Source: Planctomycetota bacterium (lineage in GTDB: Bacteria; Planctomycetota; UBA1135; UBA2386). Taken from it: a DNA stretch of 30,359 nt. Position 1 is the first letter of the stretch, and every line of letters begins with the position of its first letter. A model generated the notes under the pieces. It saw only the letters and a list, made by a program, of their open reading frames with translations, did no database searches and was not told the origin of the DNA. Both the position numbers and the translations under genes were made by a program. The DNA lies in the NCBI GenBank assembly GCA_016795295.1, contig JAEUHP010000202.1, forward strand, positions 1 to 30,359, read 5' to 3'. Below are positions 8,531-15,223 of the stretch, piece after piece.

Positions 8531-8685
8531 CAGCGAAGGCGGGAGCCTTCGTCCGACCAGCCAGCGAAGGCAGGAGCCTTCGCCAGACCAACCAGCGAAG
8601 GCGGGAGCCTTCGTCCGACCAGCCAGCGAAGGCGGGAGCCTTCGCCAGACCAACCAGCGAAGGCGGGAGCCTTCGCCCCACTACC
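8531..8685. repeat. Tandem array of five 31-bp direct repeats, each with a 7-bp stem/4-nt loop hairpin (CGAAGGC-GGGA-GCCTTCG). Linkers alternate, giving a 62-bp higher-order unit x2.5.
   Basis: Units start at 8531, 8562, 8593, 8624 and 8655 with core cagcgaaggc(g/a)ggagccttcg. Linkers are tccgaccagc (units 1, 3), ccagaccaac (units 2, 4) and ccccactacc (unit 5). There are no unique spacers. The array sits between the two tRNA-Gln genes. Confidence 0.9.
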
Positions 8686-8807
8686 CAGCGGTGGCCAACC
8701 GGCAGCCCACCGCGACCTAACCGGGTGCCCCCGGCAGGACGCCAGGGCACCACAGGCCGGCCGGGGAGGCAACCGGAGGCGCACTTGGGGCAACCAGCCG
8801 GAGCGGC

Positions 8808-8883
8808 TGGTTACCCCGCCTGGACTCGAACCAGGAACCAACAGGACCAAAACCTGCTGTGCTACCGATTACACCACGGGGTA
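8808..8883 (-). tRNA. tRNA-Gln, anticodon UUG, 76 nt with CCA encoded.
   Basis: Reverse complement TACCCCGTGGTGTAATCGGTAGCACAGCAGGTTTTGGTCCTGTTGGTTCCTGGTTCGAGTCCAGGCGGGGTAACCA. It has the same acceptor/D-arm architecture as the CUG isoacceptor, anticodon loop TTTTGGT (TTG at 34-36), and T-arm CCTGG-TTCGAGT-CCAGG. Confidence 0.85.
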
Positions 8884-8976
8884 GTGGGTGGAGGAGGATA
8901 GCAACACGCGCGCCGAAGTCTACGAATTCTTGGCCTCCCGCCCCCCCCGCTGCCCCCCCGGGGGGCAGCGACCTGG

Positions 8977-10110
8977 CTACTCGTAGACCAGCCAGAGTGG
9001 CCCGGGGAACAGGTAGGACAGCCCCTCGCGCAGCCGGTCGCGCCAGTTTTCCCAGTTGTGCCCGTCGTGCGCCTCGCGGAAGCGCACGCTCATGCCGGTC
9101 TCCTGCAGCAGCGGCACCAGGGACCGGTTGTAGTAGATCAGCGACTCGTAGACCCCGCAGCTGACGAACACCGACTCGGCCGGCCGGCCGGGTGCCCTGC
9201 GGAACTCGTTGGTGAACTTGACCACCGGGTCGAACACCGGCCCGCGGTCGTGGTCGCCGATCTCGGTGAAGACGAACGAGCCCGACTGCAAGAGCAGCCG
9301 CCCGAACACGCCGGGGTGCCGCCACGCCGTCGACAGCGAGGCCACCGCCCCGAAGCTGGCTCCGACCAAGGCGCGGGCCTGCGGCTTCTGCACCAGTGGC
9401 AACAACCGCTCCATCGCCGGCAGCAGGTCGCGGACCAGGTAGTCGGCGTGCCGCGGATCCGCCGCGTATTCCTGCATGCGGTTCGGCGACTGCGTCAGCA
9501 CCGCGACCAGGGGCGGCAGTTCGAGGCGGTGGATCAGATTGTCCAGCACGGTCTGCAGGTTGGCGAACTGCAGGTAGTCGAAGCCGTCGTGCACCACCAG
9601 CAGCGGATAGCGCCGCGTCTCACGGAACCGCGCCGGCCGATAGACCTGGATCGGCCGCCATTCGCCGAACACGACGCTGTCGACATGCCGCTCTTCGAGT
9701 GTGCCGCGCCGCGCATCGGGATCTTCGACGGTCCACTCGGGCGGGTGGTATCCCTCGCCGTAGACCACCGAATTGGCGCCGAACGGGTCGCGCGCGGCGT
9801 GCTGGTTCAACGGATCGCGCAGCAACGTGCCGCGCCCGTACAGCATCACGCCGAGTTTGTACTCCATGCGCGACTTCGGCGGCAGATCGATCTGCAGCAC
9901 CCAGCAATCGCCCGGCCGCAGGCGGCGGAACGGCAGCTGCCCGGGCAAGCCGTGGATCCAATGGTGCAGCGTGACCTCCTGCGCTTCGCCGCGGTAGAGG
10001 AAGGTCACCGTGCGGCCCTGGACGTGCGGGAACTGGGTGCGCGCCACCAGCGCCTCGATGGCCGCGCGGCCCTGGGCCACCGCCTGTTCGAGCTCGTGCA
10101 GCAGACTCAT
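8977..10110 (-). CDS. Esterase-family alpha/beta hydrolase (Fes/IroE/putative-esterase PF00756-like) with an N-terminal beta-rich domain, 377 aa.
   Basis: Start at MSLLHELEQ (ATG at 10110, overlapping the upstream gene's TGA as ATGA). GxSxG nucleophile in LVGASFGAVASL. Conserved esterase-family segments PLLVVHDGFDY and HDGHNWENWR. The N-terminal 97 aa of the longer ORF are Arg/Gly-rich low complexity. Confidence 0.75.
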   Translation of the reverse strand: MSLLHELEQAVAQGRAAIEALVARTQFPHVQGRTVTFLYRGEAQEVTLHHWIHGLPGQLPFRRLRPGDCWVLQIDLPPKSRMEYKLGVMLYGRGTLLRDPLNQHAARDPFGANSVVYGEGYHPPEWTVEDPDARRGTLEERHVDSVVFGEWRPIQVYRPARFRETRRYPLLVVHDGFDYLQFANLQTVLDNLIHRLELPPLVAVLTQSPNRMQEYAADPRHADYLVRDLLPAMERLLPLVQKPQARALVGASFGAVASLSTAWRHPGVFGRLLLQSGSFVFTEIGDHDRGPVFDPVVKFTNEFRRAPGRPAESVFVSCGVYESLIYYNRSLVPLLQETGMSVRFREAHDGHNWENWRDRLREGLSYLFPGPLWLVYE

Positions 10111-11051
10111 GCCGGAAACTCCTCGAGTCGCCCGTCGACCCCCAGGCGCAACGTGCCGGCCTGCGCCTGCCAGCGGCCGGCACGCCAATCGACCCGGGAA
10201 CCAGGATCCAGCAGCACGCAGTGAGCCGGCTGGAAGCGCCGGGCGAACAGTTGCACCGCGCGCGGTTCGTCCGTCACCAGACGCTTGTGCGCGTGCGGCA
10301 GCGCCACCAGGTCCGGCACCAAACCGAAGCCGGCCTCCATCACCTCCGCGTGGGCACTGCCCTGCGGCGGCGTGTCGTGGAACAGCACGATGCGTTCGCA
10401 CAGCGCCATCGCCCCCGCCGACCAGGCCACCACCGGCCGGTCGCCGTGCAGGCCGAGCACGTCGAACAAGCGCAGCCGATGCAACAGCACCGCGATGTGG
10501 CCGCCAGCGATCAACAGGCAGCTCGCTTCGCCGAGCACCGAGCGCAGCTCGGCGCGCTGCCGAGCCACCGAAGGCCGTTCGGCGGGCCGCCAGCGCGCTT
10601 CGAACTCGTGGTGCACGGTCTGCACCCGAGCCATGTGCTGCGCATCGAGCCCCTGCAGCATGACCAGCGCATCGTGGCGCTCCGCCAGCAGCAGCGGATC
10701 GTCGCCGGAGCGGCGGAACAGTTCCTGCAGCGCTTCCATCTGCCCCTGCAGGCGCAGCCGGTACAGCTCCTGCAAACTGCGCAGCGTGTCGTGGCGCTGC
10801 CGCATCGCCACGAACAGCTCCGGATCCTCCTGGAAGATGCGTTCGACCCGCGCCCAGACGGCCAGGTTGACCACGGGGCGCTGCACGTGCTCGCGCAGTT
10901 CCTGGTCCTCGGCTTCGCGCTCCTCCCAGCCGGCAGTCACGGCGGCCAAGAGACCCGTGTCGCCCTCGGCGTCGGGCAACAGCGCGGCGACGGCGGGCCG
11001 CACCAGCGGCACGTGCCGTTGCGGGCCCAGCAGGATGGCAGCGGAGAGCAT
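10107..11051 (-). CDS. Peptidase S51 / dipeptidase E (PepE)-like, class I glutamine-amidotransferase-like hydrolase, with an approximately 130-aa N-terminal helical extension, 314 aa.
   Basis: LLIAGGHIAVLLHRLRLFDVLGLHGDRPVVAWSAGAMALCERI aligns with the PepE GGGNTFxLL...GWSAGANxA nucleophile region. LVALPHAHK matches the His region. Start at MLSAAILLG (ATG at 11051, preceded by AAGGGGA). The stop overlaps the esterase start. Confidence 0.65.
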   Translation of the reverse strand: MLSAAILLGPQRHVPLVRPAVAALLPDAEGDTGLLAAVTAGWEEREAEDQELREHVQRPVVNLAVWARVERIFQEDPELFVAMRQRHDTLRSLQELYRLRLQGQMEALQELFRRSGDDPLLLAERHDALVMLQGLDAQHMARVQTVHHEFEARWRPAERPSVARQRAELRSVLGEASCLLIAGGHIAVLLHRLRLFDVLGLHGDRPVVAWSAGAMALCERIVLFHDTPPQGSAHAEVMEAGFGLVPDLVALPHAHKRLVTDEPRAVQLFARRFQPAHCVLLDPGSRVDWRAGRWQAQAGTLRLGVDGRLEEFPA

Positions 11052-11118
11052 CGCCGTTCCCCTTATCCGAGGCCGGGCCGCCGGGGAAGCATTCCTTCGG
11101 CCCAGAGCCGCGGTCGGC

Positions 11119-12303
11119 TCACAGGTTGGCCAGCCGGATCGCCCCGGTCGGGCAGTTGCGCTCGCAGGCCTGGTCGCGGGTGCACTCGTAGTTGTGCAGC
11201 TTGCGCACCACACTGCCGAACGGCACCGCCGCGAACCCCTGCGTGGCGCAGGTGGCGGCACAGATGCCACAGTGGATGCACGCGTTCGGATCCACCTCGA
11301 GCTGCACGTGGTCGCGCGGTCGCGGCACCTGCCGTTCGATCGCCGCCACCACCTCCGGGTTGCAGCGGTAACGCACCAGGGGGTGGGTGCTGAGCACCTC
11401 CATGGCTTCCTGCTCGCCGATTCGGATCACGTCGGCAACCGGCGGCATGTCCAACAGGCCCAGGTGCGAGACCTTGGGCTTGCACAGCACGGTGCGTTCG
11501 TCGACGTAGCGGTGCAGGTTGTGCTCGTTGAGCGCCTGCCCCATGACCTCGTAGGTCTGGAACAGGATGTGCGGCAGGCTGGCGTGGAACGGCACCGCCA
11601 CGTGTGGGTCGCGGTGCGTGAGGTCGACCGCGAGCACCAGGTCGGCGGCGCGCGCCTTGGCCAGCCGCAGGGCCAACACTTCGGTCATGCCGCCGTCGAC
11701 GTAGTGGTCGCCGTCGATCGCGATCGGCTCGAAGATGGTCGGCAGGCAGGCGCTGGCGTAGACCGCGTCGGCGACCGGCACGGTGTCGGCATCGGGCAAG
11801 CCGAAGAACCGCGAGGCGCCGCGCGTCAGCGACAGCGCATTGCAGAAGAACGGCCGCGGCAGCGCCGCGAAGTTCGGCTGCGGCAGCCAGCGGCGCAGCA
11901 GGTCGTGGAAGGCGCGGCCCTTGTAGACCGAGGCGTGTCGGTACCCGCGCACCAGGAACTTCAGCAGATTGAGGCGGAAGTACTGCTTCAGCGAGATCTC
12001 GGTCGCCACCGCTTCGATGCGCTGGCTGTCGAGACCAGCGGCCCACAGCGCCCCCACCACCGCGCCCATGCTGGTGCCGACCACTTCGTCGACCTGGATG
12101 CCGAGCCGTTCGATGGCCCGGATCACCCCGATGTGGCAGAAGCCGCGCATGCCGCCGCCGCCGAGCACCAGGACGGTGCGCTGCGCGGCCGCTGCACCGT
12201 CGCGGCGCGCGGCGGCGGCCGGTGCAGGCAGGCCCGCCGGGCCACCACTCGTGGACCGGGTGCCAGCGGCTTCTGCAGCCGGGTCGGGAAAGGGCGTTCG
12301 CAC
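11119..12303 (-). CDS. Patatin-like phospholipase fused to a C-terminal 4Fe-4S ferredoxin-type domain, 394 aa.
   Basis: Patatin motifs LVLGGGGMRGFCHIGV (oxyanion GGxRG), GTSMGA (GxSxG Ser) and HYVDGGMTE (DGG Asp). C-terminus CIHCGICAATC (CxxCxxCxxxC) plus CTRDQACERNCP (CxxxxxCxxxCP), indicating an Fe-S ferredoxin fold. Confidence 0.8.
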   Translation of the reverse strand: MRTPFPDPAAEAAGTRSTSGGPAGLPAPAAAARRDGAAAAQRTVLVLGGGGMRGFCHIGVIRAIERLGIQVDEVVGTSMGAVVGALWAAGLDSQRIEAVATEISLKQYFRLNLLKFLVRGYRHASVYKGRAFHDLLRRWLPQPNFAALPRPFFCNALSLTRGASRFFGLPDADTVPVADAVYASACLPTIFEPIAIDGDHYVDGGMTEVLALRLAKARAADLVLAVDLTHRDPHVAVPFHASLPHILFQTYEVMGQALNEHNLHRYVDERTVLCKPKVSHLGLLDMPPVADVIRIGEQEAMEVLSTHPLVRYRCNPEVVAAIERQVPRPRDHVQLEVDPNACIHCGICAATCATQGFAAVPFGSVVRKLHNYECTRDQACERNCPTGAIRLANL

Positions 12304-12352
12304 GGCAGGGGTCGGAGCGCACGGCCCGAATCCGAGACCGCGGGCTCCACTC

Positions 12353-12391
12353 CCGATCTAGATCGGCCGATGGCCGGGGTTGCCTATAGGC
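12353..12391. promoter_or_regulatory. Candidate operator: perfect 14-bp palindrome CCGATCTAGATCGG (12353-12366) plus 10-bp palindrome GCCTATAGGC (12382-12391). They lie in the divergent intergenic region between the patatin-ferredoxin gene and the ligase-thiolase-fadB operon.
   Basis: Dyad symmetry read directly from the sequence. The palindromes lie 45-85 bp upstream of the ligase ATG (12438), which has AGGAGG 7 nt upstream. Confidence 0.4.
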
Positions 12392-12437
12392 TGCAACTTG
12401 GCGCAGCCGACAACTAGATGGGAGTAGGAGGTCCGCG

Positions 12438-13922
12438 ATGACGAGCTGGCAGGCCCTGCAACGATGGCCGCGCGCCGAGCAGCGCGCGCTCCAGGATCAC
12501 CTGCTCCGCCAATTCGTGCGCGAGCAGCTCTACCCGTTCTCGCCGTACTACCGGGAGCTGTTCGACCGCGCGGGGGTGCGCCCGGAGCAGATCCGCACGG
12601 TCGACGACCTGCGGCGGCTGCCGCTTTCGCAGAAGCGCGACCTGCTGCCGACCGAGGCCGAGCCCCAGCGCTTCCGCCGCTTCATCCTGCAGCCCGACGC
12701 GGCGCAGCTGCGCGCGGCGTGGCCCATGCGGCGCAAACTGCCGTTGCTCTGGCAACGCTGGTGGCAGGGGCAGGCGGCGGTGCAGCAGCGCCTGCGCGCC
12801 GAGTACGCGCCGAGCTTCATGACCTTCACCACCGGGCGCTCGGCCGAGCCGGTGCCGTTCTTCTACTCGCCGCACGATCTGGGCACCCTGCAGACCACCG
12901 GCGCGCGGCTGGTGGACGTGATGGGGCTGCAACCCGACTACCGGGTGGCGAACGTGTTCCCGTACGCGCCGCACCTCGCGTTCTGGCAAGTGTTCTTCGC
13001 CGGGCAGGCGACCGGCACCATGCTGCTGTCGACCGGCGGCGGCCGCGTGATGGGCAGCAGCGGCGACCTGCGCGCGCTGACACGGCTGCGCGCCGACGCC
13101 CTGATCGGCGTGCCGGGCTACGTCTACCACCTGGTGCGCCGCGCCGCCGCGGAAGGTCTCGATCTGTCGAGCCTGCGCTGCGTGGTGCTCGGCGCCGAAC
13201 GCGTCGCCCCAGGCCTGAAGCAGAAGCTCGCGGAACTCTTGGAGCGCTGCGGGGCCCGGCACGTGCGTGTGTTCGGCACCTACGGCTTCACCGAAGCGCG
13301 CATGGCCTTCGCCGAGTGTCCGACCGCCGACAACGCCTACACCGGCTACCACCTGTATCCGGACCTCGCGGTGTTCGAAGTGGTCGACCCGGCGACCGGC
13401 GAAGTGCTGCCCGAAGGCAGCGACGGCGAACTGGTGTTCACGCCGCTGCAGGCGCGCGCCAGCACCGTGTTCCGCTACCGGACCGGCGACCTGGTGCGCG
13501 GCGGGCTGTCGTGGCAACCGTGCCCCCACTGCGGCCGCACGGTGCCGCGCATCAGCAGCGACTTGGTGCGCGAGTCGAGCGTCAAGGACCTGCAACTGGT
13601 CAAGCTCAAGGGCACTCTGGTGAACCTCGAGGACTGCGCGGTCGTACTCGGCGGCATGCCCGAGATCGACGAGTGGCAAATCGAACTGCGCAAGAAGGAC
13701 GGCGACCCGCTCGAAGTCGACGAGCTGGTGGTGCGCCTCGCCCTGCGCTCCGGCCAGGACCAGGAGCGCACCGCGCTGCGGGTGCGCGACGCGTTCAAGA
13801 GCCGCCTCGAAGTGGCGCCCAACCAGGTCGAGTTCCTCGGCCTGGAGTCGCTGCTCGGCAAACTCGGCATGGAGACCGAGATGAAGGAACGCCGCTTCGT
13901 CGACACGAGGCCACGCGCATGA
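12438..13922 (+). CDS. Phenylacetate-CoA ligase (PaaK)/coenzyme F390 synthetase-family adenylate-forming acyl-CoA ligase, 494 aa.
   Basis: PaaK-family features MTFTTGRSAEPVPFFYSPHDL (TTG...P loop) and VFGTYGFTEARMAFAECP. Strong RBS. Stop TGA overlaps the thiolase ATG (ATGA at 13919-13922). Confidence 0.75.
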   Translation: MTSWQALQRWPRAEQRALQDHLLRQFVREQLYPFSPYYRELFDRAGVRPEQIRTVDDLRRLPLSQKRDLLPTEAEPQRFRRFILQPDAAQLRAAWPMRRKLPLLWQRWWQGQAAVQQRLRAEYAPSFMTFTTGRSAEPVPFFYSPHDLGTLQTTGARLVDVMGLQPDYRVANVFPYAPHLAFWQVFFAGQATGTMLLSTGGGRVMGSSGDLRALTRLRADALIGVPGYVYHLVRRAAAEGLDLSSLRCVVLGAERVAPGLKQKLAELLERCGARHVRVFGTYGFTEARMAFAECPTADNAYTGYHLYPDLAVFEVVDPATGEVLPEGSDGELVFTPLQARASTVFRYRTGDLVRGGLSWQPCPHCGRTVPRISSDLVRESSVKDLQLVKLKGTLVNLEDCAVVLGGMPEIDEWQIELRKKDGDPLEVDELVVRLALRSGQDQERTALRVRDAFKSRLEVAPNQVEFLGLESLLGKLGMETEMKERRFVDTRPRA

Positions 13923-15223
13923 GCCCCACCCGCAACCCCGACACCACGCTGGCGCTGGTGGCCGGCTTCCGCACGCCGTTCTGCAAAGCCGGCGGCGCCC
14001 TGCGCGCCGCATCCGCTGCCGACCTCGCCACCCACGTGGTGCGCGAACTGCTCGACCGCACCGGCGTGCCCGGCCACGCCGTCGACGAGGTGATCCTCGG
14101 CTGCGCCGGCCCCGACCCGCGCGAAGCCAACGTGGCGCGCATCGCCGCGCTGCGCGCCGGCCTGCCGGCGACCACCACCGCCCACACCGTGATGCGCAAC
14201 TGCGGCTCCGGCCTGGAGGCGCTGCTCGCCGCCGAACTGCGCCTCTGCGCCGGTGCCGGCAAGGTGTTCGTGGTCGGCGGCACCGAATCGATGAGCAACT
14301 TCCCGTTGCTGATGGGGCCCGAGCTGGTGCGCTTCTTCACCCGCCTCGGCAAAGCCAAGGGCCTCGGCCGGCGCCTCGCGGCGCTGCTGTCGCTTCGACC
14401 GCGCGCGCTGCGGCCGCGCATCGCACTGCTCGAAGGCCTGACCGACCCGACGATCGGCGAGTCGATGGGCCAGACCGCCGAACGGCTGGCGCGCGAGTTC
14501 GGCATCGGCCGTGCGGCGATGGACGTGTTCGCCCTGCAGAGCCAGCGCCGCGCCCACCGCGCCCAGCAACGCGGCCGCTTCACCCAGGAGATCGCCGCCC
14601 TGGTGCCGGCCCCGTTCCGCGAGCCGTGCACGGCCGACGACGGCATCCGCCCCGAAGCAGCGCTGGAGGCACTCGGTCGCCTGCGCCCGGTGTTCGACCC
14701 ACGCGACGGCGACGTGACCGTCGGCAACAGCTGCCAGATCACCGACGGTGCGGTGGCACTCCTGTGCATGGCCGAGAGCGAAGCGCGCCGGCAGGGCCTG
14801 CAACCGATGGCCTTGCTGCGTGGCACGGCCACGGCCGCGCTCGACCCGGCGCACATGGGTTTGGGGCCGGTGCACGCCACCCCCCTGGCCCTGCAGCGCG
14901 CCGGCGTGGCCTTCGCCGAGCTCGACACCATCGAGCTCAACGAAGCCTTCGCCGCACAGGCGCTGGCCTGCCAAGCGGCGTTCGCCGATCCGGCCTACTG
15001 CCGCACCCACCTGGGCCTCGCGGCGCCACTCGGCGAACTCGATCCCGAGCGCCTGAACCGCAACGGCGGCGCGATCGCGCTCGGCCACCCGATCGCCGCC
15101 ACCGGGGCACGCCTGGTCTTGACCCTGGCCCACGAACTGCGGACGCGCGGCGCTCGCTACGGGCTCGCCACGCTCTGCATCGGCGGCGGCCAGGGCCAGG
15201 CCGCCGTGTTGGAGGCTGCATGA
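13919..15223 (+). CDS. fadA: Acetyl-CoA C-acyltransferase (thiolase, FadA/FadI-like), 434 aa.
   Basis: Active-site Cys region [13 protein letters not shown]-terminal [19 protein letters not shown] and [13 protein letters not shown] signatures. Stop overlaps the fadB-like start (ATGA at 15220-15223). Confidence 0.85.
   Translation: MSPTRNPDTTLALVAGFRTPFCKAGGALRAASAADLATHVVRELLDRTGVPGHAVDEVILGCAGPDPREANVARIAALRAGLPATTTAHTVMRNCGSGLEALLAAELRLCAGAGKVFVVGGTESMSNFPLLMGPELVRFFTRLGKAKGLGRRLAALLSLRPRALRPRIALLEGLTDPTIGESMGQTAERLAREFGIGRAAMDVFALQSQRRAHRAQQRGRFTQEIAALVPAPFREPCTADDGIRPEAALEALGRLRPVFDPRDGDVTVGNSCQITDGAVALLCMAESEARRQGLQPMALLRGTATAALDPAHMGLGPVHATPLALQRAGVAFAELDTIELNEAFAAQALACQAAFADPAYCRTHLGLAAPLGELDPERLNRNGGAIALGHPIAATGARLVLTLAHELRTRGARYGLATLCIGGGQGQAAVLEAA

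Noticed and set aside
8531-8685. CRISPR array hypothesis for the 31-bp repeats.
   Set aside because: The repeats are directly abutting with only two alternating 10-nt linkers. There are no unique spacers, no leader and no cas genes in the window.
8400-8900. tRNA-associated genomic island or integrase target.
   Set aside because: No integrase, transposase or direct repeats of the tRNA 3' end are visible anywhere in the window. The flanking genes look like ordinary chromosomal genes.
8247-8901. Small repetitive ORFs (8247-8720+, 8452-8901+, 8477-8884+, 8511-8753-) translating the repeat array and the tRNAs.
   Set aside because: They are translations of the tandem hairpin repeats and tRNA genes. 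Their repetitive peptide sequence is an artefact of the DNA repeats.
12464-15223. 919-aa plus-strand ORF.
   Set aside because: Only the C-terminal part from ATG 13919 is the thiolase. The 5' portion overlaps the PaaK-like ligase in another frame and is Arg/Ala-rich with no recognisable domain.
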